Below, in pieces: positions 49,610-59,226 of a stretch of 64,000 bases of DNA. Position numbers and translations under genes: made by a program. Position 1 is the stretch's first letter. Every line of letters begins with the position of its first letter. This stretch comes from an uncultured Verrucomicrobiae bacterium (GTDB taxonomy: Bacteria; Verrucomicrobiota; Verrucomicrobiia; Chthoniobacterales; Terrimicrobiaceae), in the NCBI GenBank assembly GCA_963706955.1, contig CAVPOC010000003.1:384001-448000 (forward strand). Direction: 5' to 3'. The notes beneath the pieces were generated by a model that did not search any database, had not been told where the DNA came from, and saw only the letters and a program-made list of their open reading frames with translations.

Positions 49610-50932
49610 TCAGTAGTAGCGCGCCGGCTGGCCGGTAGACTCGAGGAGCGAAAGCCAGAGATCGCCGCCGGGATCAACGGTTCGGCGGGCAGAAGTGGCT
49701 ACACCGACCGGAAGATGAACGTAGCTATTGTGCCAGCGAGCCACGACCAGAGCTGTCTTGCCGGCCATGCCGGCGTGGACAGCGGCTTGACCGAGGCGCA
49801 TGCAATAGGTGCGATCCTGCGGCGAAGCGGCGACACTGCGAATCATGTAGCTTGGGTCGATATACTTCAGCGTGAGCTCCGTCTTGCACTGCTGAAAATA
49901 CTCTTCGATTCTCTTTTTGAGAAAAACGCCGATGTCTCCAAGGCGCTTGTTCCCGGACGCGTCGGCTCCGGATGCTTCAACGAGATTCTGGCCGGCGCCC
50001 TCGGCAACGATGACGACGGAGTGCCCGCGCTGCATGACTCGTTGTCGGAGTTGTTCCAACAGGCCGTGATCACCCTCGAGCGCGAAGGGCACTTCGGGAA
50101 TAAGCACGCAATTGGCATCGCCGCTGGAGATGGCGGCTGAGCAGGCAATAAAACCGGAGTGACGGCCCATCAGCTTGACGAGCCCGATGCCATTGCGGGC
50201 ACTGCGCGCTTCCGTATGCGCCGCGGCAATTGCATCGACGGCCGCAGCGCAGGCGGTTTCGTATCCAAAACTCTTGTCCATATAGGCCATATCGTTGTCG
50301 ATCGTCTTGGGAACGCCCACCACCGCCAGTCTATAGCCGCGCCGCAAAGCTTCTTCCCCGATGTCTTTACCGCCGCGCTGCGTGCCATCGCCGCCGACAA
50401 CGAAAAGAATATTCACCTTCAACTCGATGAGCTGATCCACCATCCGCCTGGTCTCCTGAGGCCCGCGCGAAGTGCCGAGCGCTGTTCCCCCAAACCGGTG
50501 GATGTTGGTGACATAGGAGGGCGTCAGATTAATCAGCCGATGTCCATAATCCGGGATTAGGCCTTCAAAGCCGTAGGCAATGCCGAGCGTGCGCGGAACC
50601 TTGTAGCGATAGTAGGCCTGCATCACAATCGAACGAATCACATCGTTGAGGCCCGGACACAGGCCACCACAGGTCACGATCGCGCAAGTAGTGTCCTCCG
50701 GTTTGAAGAAGATTTTCCTCCGCGGCCCGGCCGCCTCGAAACAAAGAGGCTCCTCGCCGCGTTCGAACGTGCCCTGGATGTGCGCGAGATTGTGATCGAG
50801 GAGGACTCGCGAGTCGTCGCCATAAAACGCGTGGGTCCTGCCAGTCTCCTGAAACTGTTGATCGAGAGGCGAAATGATCGTGCGTTCGCCGAGAGCTTTG
50901 ATGGCGAGATCTTCCGGTTTGAATTCAGCCAT
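49610..50932 (-). CDS. pfkA: ATP-dependent 6-phosphofructokinase (group X type)
   Basis: AGPRRKIFF, VTCGGLCPGLN, GGDGT, PKTIDND, MGRHSG, YIDPSYMIRS. Confidence 0.92.
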   Translation of the reverse strand: MAEFKPEDLAIKALGERTIISPLDQQFQETGRTHAFYGDDSRVLLDHNLAHIQGTFERGEEPLCFEAAGPRRKIFFKPEDTTCAIVTCGGLCPGLNDVIRSIVMQAYYRYKVPRTLGIAYGFEGLIPDYGHRLINLTPSYVTNIHRFGGTALGTSRGPQETRRMVDQLIELKVNILFVVGGDGTQRGGKDIGEEALRRGYRLAVVGVPKTIDNDMAYMDKSFGYETACAAAVDAIAAAHTEARSARNGIGLVKLMGRHSGFIACSAAISSGDANCVLIPEVPFALEGDHGLLEQLRQRVMQRGHSVVIVAEGAGQNLVEASGADASGNKRLGDIGVFLKKRIEEYFQQCKTELTLKYIDPSYMIRSVAASPQDRTYCMRLGQAAVHAGMAGKTALVVARWHNSYVHLPVGVATSARRTVDPGGDLWLSLLESTGQPARYY

Positions 50933-51008
50933 GGCCTGATGCCCCGGTACATTAAAGCTGAAGAGGTGGCGAGAGATTTTTGATCGCTAGGACTCGCGCC
51001 GGGAAGGC

Positions 51009-52718
51009 CTACATTCTTTCGGGCGCCTCGATTCCGAGAAGATTCAAACCTGCTTGCAGAACGCGAGCAGTGACATCGCACATGACGAGTCGTGTGGCGC
51101 GGCTGTCGGCCGTTTCGGCCTTTAATACCGGACACGCTTCGTAGAACGCGTGAAAAACGATGGCCAAATCGTAGAGGTAATTGGCAAGAAGGTTGGGGCG
51201 AAAATCGTCGAGAACGAGTGGGACCACCTCGCCAAACTGAAGGAGCTGGATTGCGAGCGCACGTTCTTCAGGCGCCGCAAGCATCAATTCCTCTGGCACC
51301 GCGAATTCGCCTTCCAACTTCCGGAAAATCGAACGGATGCGCACATAGGCATTTTGAAGATATGGAGCGGTATTGCCCTGAAAGGAAAGCATCTTGCTCC
51401 AGGAGAAAACGTAATCGGTCATCCGGTGCTGAGAGAGTTCGGCATACTTCACCGCCCCAAGACCGATCGTCCGCGCGATCTCCTCAGCCTCGCGCGCACT
51501 GAGCTCGGGTCGCTTTTCCGCGACGATCGCACCGGCACGCTCGATCGCCTCGCCCAAGAGCTCTGCCAGCCCAACCGTCTCGCCCGAACGGGTCCGCATA
51601 ATTTTGCGGTCCTCGCCCAGGATGCTCCCGAAGGCGATATGCTCCAGATCCGCAGTCACGCCCATCTTCCGGCCGGCAGCGAAGATCTGCTGAAAATGGA
51701 GCGACTGCGGAGCGCCGACCACGTACCAGATCGCCGCGGGATTCCAGCGGCCGACGCGGTATTCCATCGTGGCGAGATCCGTGGTCGCATAGAGAAATCC
51801 TCCATCACTTTTCCGAACGATCAGCGGCTTGTCCGCCAAGGCCGGGATTTCTCGAAAGAATATGCACAGCGCGCTTTCACTTATTTCAGCCACACCAATC
51901 GCGGCGAGCCTGTCACACAATGGAGCCAGCGCATCGTTGTAAAAGCTTTCCCCAAGTCGTTCGTCAAAGCGAATTCCCAGCAGATCGTAGAGCTTTTGGA
52001 ATTCGCGCCAGGATAGCTCGACCGTTCGACGCCATATCGCTCTGTTTTCTTGGTCGCCTGCCTGCAGCTTGACGAGTTCATCGCGCACCGCCCTTCGCAC
52101 GGACTCGTCCGCTTCCTCCAAAAGAGTTACTTCGCGATAAAGTCGGACCAACTCGGTGATCGCATTTGCTGCGAGAGCCGCCTCATCGAGCAAATGCTTC
52201 CATCCATAAATAACCCTCCCGAACTGGGTCCCCCAGTCACCCAGATGATTGTCGGTAACGACGGGGTGCCCCACAAAGCGGGCGACGCGAGCCAAACAAT
52301 CCCCGAGAATTGTGCTTCGAATGTGTCCGACGTGCATCGGCTTCGCCACGTTCGGGGAACTGAAATCGATGACAATTGTTCCGACCGGCTGCACCGTGTC
52401 GACTCCGAGTTTCGGATCGCGCGCGACAGCGACGATCCCTCTCGCCAGAAAACCAGCCGTCAGCCGAAAATTGATGAAACCGGCACCCTCGATTTCGGGC
52501 GCCTCAGAAATATCGCGGAGGTCCAGAGCAGTGACGATTTGCCGTGCAATTTCCCGCGGGGAAACCCGGTTCTTCCGGGCGAGCGTCATCGCCACATTGG
52601 TCTGGTAATCGCCGAAGCGCGGGTCGGAAGCGGGCACGACCTCGGGCGCGGTGTCTGGAAAGCTCTTTTCCAGCGCCAATTTCAGCCGTTGTGTCAGGAT
52701 CTCGCGCGGTGTCGCCAT
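51009..52718 (-). CDS. argS: Arginyl-tRNA synthetase
   Basis: FGDYQ.N, SSPNVAKPMHVGHIRS, GDWGTQFG, GNTAPYLQ, PERM. Confidence 0.97.
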   Translation of the reverse strand: MATPREILTQRLKLALEKSFPDTAPEVVPASDPRFGDYQTNVAMTLARKNRVSPREIARQIVTALDLRDISEAPEIEGAGFINFRLTAGFLARGIVAVARDPKLGVDTVQPVGTIVIDFSSPNVAKPMHVGHIRSTILGDCLARVARFVGHPVVTDNHLGDWGTQFGRVIYGWKHLLDEAALAANAITELVRLYREVTLLEEADESVRRAVRDELVKLQAGDQENRAIWRRTVELSWREFQKLYDLLGIRFDERLGESFYNDALAPLCDRLAAIGVAEISESALCIFFREIPALADKPLIVRKSDGGFLYATTDLATMEYRVGRWNPAAIWYVVGAPQSLHFQQIFAAGRKMGVTADLEHIAFGSILGEDRKIMRTRSGETVGLAELLGEAIERAGAIVAEKRPELSAREAEEIARTIGLGAVKYAELSQHRMTDYVFSWSKMLSFQGNTAPYLQNAYVRIRSIFRKLEGEFAVPEELMLAAPEERALAIQLLQFGEVVPLVLDDFRPNLLANYLYDLAIVFHAFYEACPVLKAETADSRATRLVMCDVTARVLQAGLNLLGIEAPERM

Positions 52719-53185
52719 CAGCTGCGTGGCGAACGGCTCTCGAAAACACGGAGAATTTGCGCAGCATCTTGCGCCTTACTCAGTTCATCACGGACAGACT
52801 TGTCATTGAGAAATTTGGCGATGGCCGCAAGCGTCCGCAGATGAGTCTGGAATTGATCCTTGGGAACGACAAAGAGCACTACAAAGAAGACTGGCTGTCC
52901 GTCGAGAGAATCAAATTCAATTCCCTTGGTGGAGCGACCGAAGGCGGCTACGACATCTTCGACCTTGTCGGAGGAGGCGTGCGGGATGGCGATTCCGAAC
53001 CCGATGCCGGTGCTCATGGTTTGCTCACGCTGCTTGATCGAGTCCAGAACGAGTTCGCGTTCATCTTCGCGCACCTTGCCGGCATTCACGAGCACATCCA
53101 CCAATTCTCCAATAGCCTCCCATCGAGCCGTCGTCTTCATGTCCGGCACGATCTGTTCGGCCGATAAGAGATTTGCCAACGTCAT
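52718..53185 (-). CDS. PTS IIA domain protein (Ntr/fructose type)
   Basis: REQTMSTGIGFGIAIPHA, FDSLDG.PV, HLRTLA. Confidence 0.9.
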   Translation of the reverse strand: MTLANLLSAEQIVPDMKTTARWEAIGELVDVLVNAGKVREDERELVLDSIKQREQTMSTGIGFGIAIPHASSDKVEDVVAAFGRSTKGIEFDSLDGQPVFFVVLFVVPKDQFQTHLRTLAAIAKFLNDKSVRDELSKAQDAAQILRVFESRSPRS

Positions 53186-53294
53186 GATCTGAACCGGGCA
53201 AGGCTACAAATCAGGAAGGCGATGACAAGTGGGATTATCTGAAAGGGAAGGTGCGCGCAATCGTGAGGGGTGCCATTTCTCTTTCCGCAGCAGG

Positions 53295-53326
53295 CGAGCG
53301 GCCGTTGGATTCGAACGGCCGCTCGA
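53295..53326. terminator. Strong hairpin downstream of csbD
   Basis: CGAGCGGCCGTT-ggattcg-AACGGCCGCTCG (12-bp stem; no clear U-tract). Confidence 0.4.
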
Positions 53327-53366
53327 CAACAGACTCGTCGCTCCCGCGGCTCTGAGCCGATGCCAG

Positions 53367-53558
53367 CTACATACTCGCGTCCTGAATGGCGCGCTGGATC
53401 TCTTCTTTCGTCTTGCCGAGCTTTTGCTGAAGGCGCCCGACCAATTGGTCTTCGTTGCCTTCGCTGTAGGCAAGATCGTCGTCGGTAAGTTCGCCATAGG
53501 CTTGCTTGAGTTTTCCCTTGATGACGTTCCAGTTACCTTTGATCTGCAGTTCGTTCAT
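53367..53558 (-). CDS. CsbD/YjbJ family protein
   Basis: IKGNW..IKGKLKQ.YG.LTDDDL...EG..DQL.G.LQ.KLG. Confidence 0.93.
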   Translation of the reverse strand: MNELQIKGNWNVIKGKLKQAYGELTDDDLAYSEGNEDQLVGRLQQKLGKTKEEIQRAIQDASM

Positions 53559-53700
53559 ACCCGTCCTTCGCTAAACGCCCGCGCGTCGGATGGGTCAGCC
53601 TCGAAATTGTTAGACGATCAGCGAAGGGAAGCTGGGCGAGAAGATGAAGGTGAATTTGACTCGTTAACGGTCGGAAAACGACTAAAATGACACAAGAGAC

Positions 53701-56112
53701 ATGGCGCGAATCCTGAAGCTTGTCATCGCCTTCCTTGCACTCGTCGGCGCCACGCTGGCGGTCGCGGCATTTCTGTTCGTCTATCCGAAATACCGGGAAT
53801 ACCAACGGGTGGCAGACAGCTTCGATCTGGCAGAGTTGGACAATATTCCCGCGATATCTGAAGTGTTCGATTACGCGGGCCTACGCTACAGCAAGCTTGA
53901 AGGTCAGGTGCGCTACGTTGTGCCGCTCTCGCAGATCTCTCCAAATTTCATCAATGCACTGATGGCACGGGAAGACGCGCGATTCTACAAACATCGCGGT
54001 GTAGACCTCACCGGTATCGCGCGCGCAGCGATGCGCAACGTGAATGCGCGCAACGTGAAGGAAGGAGCCAGCACGATTACACAACAACTGGCCCGAAACA
54101 CGTTCGATCTCGGCGAGGATCGCTGGCGGAAGAAGTTTGTCGAAGCCTTGCTCGCCCTCCGAATCGAAAAAAGTTTGAGCAAGGACAAGATCCTGGAGGC
54201 CTACGCGAACAGGATCTACTACGGCCTCGGACTGTATGGGGTGGAAACGGCCTCGCGCGCCTGCTTTGGCAAGTCGGCGAACGAGCTCACGCTCTCCGAG
54301 GCCGCCATCCTTGCCGGGCTGATCAGGAGCCCGAACCGTCTCACGCCATTGGGCGACAGCCGCACAGCCCTGGCCGAGCGGGATCAGGTTCTCGGCAGGA
54401 TGGAAGAGCTCAAAATGGTTACTCCCGAAGAGGCCAAAGCGGCGCGAGCCGAGCCGATACCTCTTACCAAGACGCTCCTTCCCAGCACCCAGGAAAATTA
54501 CGCGATGGATGCCGTCATGCGCGACCTCGCTATCCTTCTTCCCAAGGACATCATCGACCGAGGAGGGCTGAAGATTTACACAACGATCGACCCCAGGCTC
54601 CAGATGATTGCCGAGGAGGCCGTGGAATCCAAACTGGCCGAACTGGAGTCGTCGAAAGGTTGGATACATCCGAAGCGTGTCCCGCTGGCTGACACCGGCC
54701 CGCAGTCCGATGCGGAAAAACCGACCGAGTCTCCCTACGTCCAAGGTGCCCTGGTCGCCATCGACAATGAAGCCGGCGGGATCCGGGCCATCGTCGGCGG
54801 ACGGAACTTTAAGGAAAGCCCCTACAATCGTGCTTTGCTCGCCAAGCGTCAGGTCGGGTCGACCTTCAAGCCATTCGTCTATGCGGCCGCATTCAGCAAG
54901 GGAATGACCCCTGGAATGCTGGTTGATGATTCGCCAATTCGCGAGGGAGACATCGCAGGCCTGGTCACATCATGGTCGCCGCGAAATTCGGACGGCGAGA
55001 ACGAAGGCTTGCAGCCGGCGGCGCTCGGCCTCATTCGATCACGCAATACCATGACGGTCCGTGTCGGCGAATTCGCCACCAGAGCGGAGGTGCGGGCGCT
55101 CGCGCTCAAGGCCGGCCTTGAGAATGTTCCCGATGTTCCCGCCATATATCTCGGAGCTTTCGAAACAACGCTCAAGGACATCACCGCCGCGTATACGATG
55201 TTTCCCAACAACGGCGTCCGGCGACAACCATACATCATCGAGTCGATCCAAGATCGCTACGGTAAAACCATCTACAAGGCGACCCGGGCAGAACTTCGCT
55301 GCATCAATCCCGACGTGGACTACGTCATGAATGAGCTGCTCCGAGACGTCATCCGAAAAGGCACCGCGACCGCTGCGATGTCACTCGGCCTCACCGTTCC
55401 CGCCGCCGGCAAAACCGGCACCACTGACGATTACAAGGATGCCTGGTTTATCGGCTATACCACACGCTTGACCTGTGGAGCCTGGGTGGGCATGGACAGA
55501 CCCGAGAGGATCGCCGATCGCGGCTACGGAAGTAAGCTCGCTCTCCCCATCTGGGTGGACTTCATTCAAAACGCCTCGGCATGGAAATATATCGCCCAAA
55601 ACTTCGTTGTTCCCGGCAACCTTCAGAGTGTCGAGCTCTGCCGCACGTCAGGCGCCCTGGCCGCTCCTGAGTGCAAATTTGCCAGAACAAGTTACCAGGC
55701 CCAACTTCCCCAAAATATGATCCCTCGAAAGCATTGCGGCGATCACACCGGACTTCTGGCCAGCTTTCCGACTACCAGCTCCGGCAGCAATCCTGCACCG
55801 GCAAGCTATGCGTCGAGCGCCGACGCTCCCCCAAGAGCAGTGCCTGTCGCCCCCGCGGTGCCGTTGCAGGCTCCCCCGATAACAGCGCAGACCGCCGCTC
55901 TTCCGGCCGGCGAACCGCCGAGTCTCGCCGGTCCGATTCCGCCACCAGCCTTCGCTGCGCCGCCCCTGGCGCCGCCGGGCCTCGCCGCTCCCGCTGGTCC
56001 CGCTGGTCCCGCCACCGTAGGCGAGACATCTGCCGAGCAGACGCCTCCCCCAGGTGCAAACTATCGAATGATCCGCCGGCAGAATGGCTTCATTTTCGAA
56101 AATTCCCGCTGA
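53701..56112 (+). CDS. Class A PBP (PBP1A family)
   Basis: EDARFY.H.G, GASTITQQLA, YANRIYYG, GSTFK, SRN, KTGT; Pro-rich tail. Confidence 0.93.
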   Translation: MARILKLVIAFLALVGATLAVAAFLFVYPKYREYQRVADSFDLAELDNIPAISEVFDYAGLRYSKLEGQVRYVVPLSQISPNFINALMAREDARFYKHRGVDLTGIARAAMRNVNARNVKEGASTITQQLARNTFDLGEDRWRKKFVEALLALRIEKSLSKDKILEAYANRIYYGLGLYGVETASRACFGKSANELTLSEAAILAGLIRSPNRLTPLGDSRTALAERDQVLGRMEELKMVTPEEAKAARAEPIPLTKTLLPSTQENYAMDAVMRDLAILLPKDIIDRGGLKIYTTIDPRLQMIAEEAVESKLAELESSKGWIHPKRVPLADTGPQSDAEKPTESPYVQGALVAIDNEAGGIRAIVGGRNFKESPYNRALLAKRQVGSTFKPFVYAAAFSKGMTPGMLVDDSPIREGDIAGLVTSWSPRNSDGENEGLQPAALGLIRSRNTMTVRVGEFATRAEVRALALKAGLENVPDVPAIYLGAFETTLKDITAAYTMFPNNGVRRQPYIIESIQDRYGKTIYKATRAELRCINPDVDYVMNELLRDVIRKGTATAAMSLGLTVPAAGKTGTTDDYKDAWFIGYTTRLTCGAWVGMDRPERIADRGYGSKLALPIWVDFIQNASAWKYIAQNFVVPGNLQSVELCRTSGALAAPECKFARTSYQAQLPQNMIPRKHCGDHTGLLASFPTTSSGSNPAPASYASSADAPPRAVPVAPAVPLQAPPITAQTAALPAGEPPSLAGPIPPPAFAAPPLAPPGLAAPAGPAGPATVGETSAEQTPPPGANYRMIRRQNGFIFENSR

Positions 56113-56134
56113 AGTGATATTTCGCCGCGCCGTT

Positions 56135-56192
56135 GTAGCGACGATGTCCCCATCGTCGAGGGGCACTCCGGCGGTGGGGACGCCGCCTCTAC
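56135..56192. repeat. REP-like family A inverted doublet
   Basis: GTAG CGACGATG TCCC CATCGTCG plus inverted GTAG AGGCGGCG TCCC CACCGCCG. Confidence 0.88.
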
Positions 56193-56243
56193 AGCTGTGG
56201 ATCTCGCTGGGGAACCCGTCGATTTAAGCTCTGCCTGACTGGC

Positions 56244-56882
56244 TCACTCCAAGCTCTTGCGGAGGAAGGCGGAAAACGCCGAGACTGAGGAGAACAGGAA
56301 ATCAGGCCGCATCTGCTCGAGTTCGGCAGCGTTGGCGGTCGGGGCCCACGCTGCCGCGGCGATCTTGATGTTGCAGTCCCGACACGCCTTCACGTCACTG
56401 GGAGCATCCCCCACGTACAATATTTCTTCGCGGGCCAGCGAGAACTCCTCGATTACCTCTTCGATCCTCCGGTCCTTTACCGGCCCCGAGGAGGCTCCCG
56501 TCTTGATGACATCGAAATAGTCTTCCAGTCCATAATGTTTCAGCGTGAGCTCGGTACTTCGTCTCCCCTTTCCTGTGATTAGGCCGACGAAAATTCGCTT
56601 CGTCTTCAGATAGGAAAGAATCTCCGGAATGCCCTCGAAAGGACTTGGCCAGCGGCAGTGCAGCTCTTCATATCGCCGCAGATATCTGTCCAATCCTTCT
56701 GCGCGTTGCTCAGGCAGGAGCACAGCAATCGTCCCTTCCTCAGAGGGACCGAAGGTCGCAACAATTTCGTCGTCCGTGACCGTCCGCCCCACCAATGGCT
56801 CGATCGACTCACGGAATGCCGTGATGCAGAGCGGCAGCGTATTACCGATCGTGCCATCCAGGTCGAGCAGAATTGCTTTCAC
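56244..56882 (-). CDS. HAD family hydrolase (phosphoglycolate phosphatase-like)
   Basis: ILLDLDGT, ITGK, YVGDAPSD; GTG start inferred. Confidence 0.9.
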   Translation of the reverse strand: MKAILLDLDGTIGNTLPLCITAFRESIEPLVGRTVTDDEIVATFGPSEEGTIAVLLPEQRAEGLDRYLRRYEELHCRWPSPFEGIPEILSYLKTKRIFVGLITGKGRRSTELTLKHYGLEDYFDVIKTGASSGPVKDRRIEEVIEEFSLAREEILYVGDAPSDVKACRDCNIKIAAAAWAPTANAAELEQMRPDFLFSSVSAFSAFLRKSLE

Positions 56883-57149
56883 GCGAGGGTCAAAGTGAGC
56901 GCCCTTTTCGTTTGTATGCGGTGGCAGAGTTGCTGAAAGGAGCCGAGAAGACAACTGTGACCTTCCCGAAGCCTCTGTATCGGAAGCGAGAGGGACATCG
57001 GTCTTGCCCTCGCGGTTTTTGTAACGTCGGTGTCCCCACCGCTTGGGAAGCCCCTCAACCATAGGGACCGGTTGCGACAACTCTTCGGAGAAAAAAGCCC
57101 TACCACCAATCAGACACAATATTCAGGCATCATCTCGCCGGACAACAGC

Positions 57150-57207
57150 ATCCTCGACGAGACGCCGGCACCACACGCGAGACGCAGCGAGACGCGCATG
57201 CTCCCAG
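57150..57207 (-). repeat. GGGAG-led palindromic repeat family C (left copy)
   Basis: Reverse strand GGGAGCATGCGCGTCTCGC..GTGTGGTGCCGGCGTCTCG resembles 57882-57929. Confidence 0.6.
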
Positions 57208-57229
57208 AGCGCTTCAGTCGTAACACGCT

Positions 57230-57868
57230 TCAGCCCGCCGCAAGCTTCTGGAGATTTAGGGTGAAGGCAAGGCGAGTTCCAAAGAACTTGTGCTCTCGAA
57301 ATCCAGCGGCCTCCGCCAGTTGCGTCACTTTACGACGACTTTGAAAATGCGGATCAAAGATGAGTTCGGTCACCGAAAGTATGCCCCCCGGTTTCAGGGC
57401 ATCAAAAATTTCATGCAGCGCTGCCTGTTGATTCGGAATTTCGCCGAGCACTGCCACCAAGAGAGCCCGATCAAAGTGATTGCGCTCCAGTTTTCCCTCA
57501 CCCGCGCCTGCTTGAACAAAACGGATGTTCGGAAGATGAGCATTTTGGGCCTTTTCTTTGGCTCGCCTCAGCATTCCATCTTGGATATCGACGGCGACGA
57601 CCTCGCCTTTGGGAACCCGCTCTGCCAAAGGAACGGCAACTCTGCCGGGACCACAGCCGACGTCCAGCACCGCCATGTCATCTTCAAGCTCCAGATGCTC
57701 AATGATGGTCGCAGCGCGATTCGTGCGCGTAAACGGATTGTCGAGCTCGACGAACCAGCGCAACCAGACCGGACACGGTAGCGAACGACGACGCGATGCC
57801 AAACGCCAGGTGACCCCGACGAGCAAGAGCAGCCCGACGACTCCCAGAAGAATGCCCACTTTTTTCAT
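57230..57868 (-). CDS. Class I SAM-dependent methyltransferase with N-terminal TM anchor
   Basis: VLDVGCGPG, VAVDIQ, LKPGGIL; hydrophobic N-terminus. Confidence 0.9.
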   Translation of the reverse strand: MKKVGILLGVVGLLLLVGVTWRLASRRRSLPCPVWLRWFVELDNPFTRTNRAATIIEHLELEDDMAVLDVGCGPGRVAVPLAERVPKGEVVAVDIQDGMLRRAKEKAQNAHLPNIRFVQAGAGEGKLERNHFDRALLVAVLGEIPNQQAALHEIFDALKPGGILSVTELIFDPHFQSRRKVTQLAEAAGFREHKFFGTRLAFTLNLQKLAAG

Positions 57869-57881
57869 GACGCGTCGCTTT

Positions 57882-57929
57882 GGGGAGCATACCCGTCCCA
57901 GATGTGGTGTCCGGCGTCCTCGCCGGACT
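57882..57929 (+). repeat. GGGAG-led palindromic repeat family C (right copy)
   Basis: GGGGAGCATACCCGTCCCAGATGTGGTGTCCGGCGTCCTCGCCGGAC. Confidence 0.6.
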
Positions 57930-58012
57930 CTCTCGATCCCGACAACGTCGCCTTGGGCGATCGTCCGGTAATCGACGGACCAGGCGTGTATGCGAATTTG
58001 CGTGACATGCCA

Positions 58013-58393
58013 TCAGCTCCGCGCACTGTTTGGTTCCGATTCTTCCTTAACCTCCATTAGGTAGGAAGTGAGTTTCTTGATTTGGGCGCCTGCCATCTCG
58101 AACGCATCGCAAAAAACCGCATGCAAAACTCCGCCCTCTTTGCGGTGAGCGCGCACGGTTCCTTCCGCGACCACGACATTGTTCTCTTCGGTGAGACGCG
58201 TCACAACGATCGTCGGACTTCCGGTAAATGCCTCGTTCTCGATCTCTTTGTCGAAGGACTCCTTCCCCCGGATATGGAACATTCCCGGAATGACCCATTC
58301 CACATCGTCGGTGAGACACGAGAGCACCATGGCATGATCGGACCTGCGAAATCCCTCCAGATACCGATCTACAGTCCTCTTGTTCTCAGTCAC
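58013..58393 (-). CDS. NTF2/SnoaL-like protein
   Basis: ENKRTV..Y, TDDVEW.IPG, VVVAEG, FCD.FEM; GTG start inferred. Confidence 0.85.
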   Translation of the reverse strand: MTENKRTVDRYLEGFRRSDHAMVLSCLTDDVEWVIPGMFHIRGKESFDKEIENEAFTGSPTIVVTRLTEENNVVVAEGTVRAHRKEGGVLHAVFCDAFEMAGAQIKKLTSYLMEVKEESEPNSARS

Positions 58394-58442
58394 AAATTTT
58401 CTGACTTCGCGCGCCAATCTCTTCGGATTCGACGCCCGCGGC

Positions 58443-58652
58443 TCACTGCGACAGCGTTCTTCTCGCGCAATCGATAAGCCTTTCTCGTCCTGCGGAGGCC
58501 TGCATCGTTTCCTTACAGGAATTGACCGCCCTCTCAATGGCGGCGCGGGGCTTTCCCGGGAAGTCGCGACAAAGCTTATCCACCAGGTGTTCGATCTCCC
58601 AGTCCTGCCATGAGCTTTTCTCGCCGTAAGGGTTTGCCGGATCGTCTCGCAT
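58443..58652 (-). CDS. Small hypothetical protein
   Basis: 69-aa ORF co-oriented with neighbours (SWQDWEIEHL..FPGK.RAAIERAV). Confidence 0.55.
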   Translation of the reverse strand: MRDDPANPYGEKSSWQDWEIEHLVDKLCRDFPGKPRAAIERAVNSCKETMQASAGRERLIDCARRTLSQ

Positions 58653-58711
58653 GGCTAGCCCCAAGAAGCAACCATCTCCAACATCGGAAGTCGAGCGAGT
58701 GCGTTCAACCC

Positions 58712-59140
58712 TCAAGTTTCAACTTGCTTCGGCGACGGTAAGACTCCCATCTGCGCCATTAAACCGAGGGCGTCCATAATGATCCTCGTATCCTTGATCT
58801 TGCCATCAACGAAGCGGTCGATTGCAATCCCCCAGACGGATACCGAGCGTCCGGTTGCGGCAACGCCCAAGAATTCCCCTCGATGGGTGCCGCTCCAAAC
58901 AAATCGGCTGACGACCTTGTCACCTTCCTCGATCTGCTCTTCGACCGACCAATGCATGTCCGGAAATGCCACGAGAAAGCCGCGCAGGAGATCTTTCACA
59001 CCACTGAGTCCCGGGCCTTGTCCGGGAAATGGAGCCTGCTCGAGGACGTCTTCGTGAAAATACTTTCCGGTGGATTCGACATTGCCGCGATTGAGCACAT
59101 CATCGATGAACTCGCGAACCAAGTTGGCGTTGTTTTTCAT
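58712..59140 (-). CDS. SnoaL-like ester cyclase
   Basis: AFPD, EGDKVV.R..W.GTHRGEFLG..ATGR, D.LGLM.Q.G. Confidence 0.9.
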   Translation of the reverse strand: MKNNANLVREFIDDVLNRGNVESTGKYFHEDVLEQAPFPGQGPGLSGVKDLLRGFLVAFPDMHWSVEEQIEEGDKVVSRFVWSGTHRGEFLGVAATGRSVSVWGIAIDRFVDGKIKDTRIIMDALGLMAQMGVLPSPKQVET

Positions 59141-59226
59141 TTGAGGGGAAATCACTTTTCCTCCTACTGCTTGTCGGTTAGCCGGTCAAGCGGCGCTATG
59201 GTCATTGTCTGATCAAGAACTTTGAG

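Noticed and set aside
53290..53330. GTTCGAATCC on the minus strand suggesting a tRNA T-arm
   Set aside because: Flanks do not form a T-stem or cloverleaf; the motif is part of a simple 12-bp hairpin.
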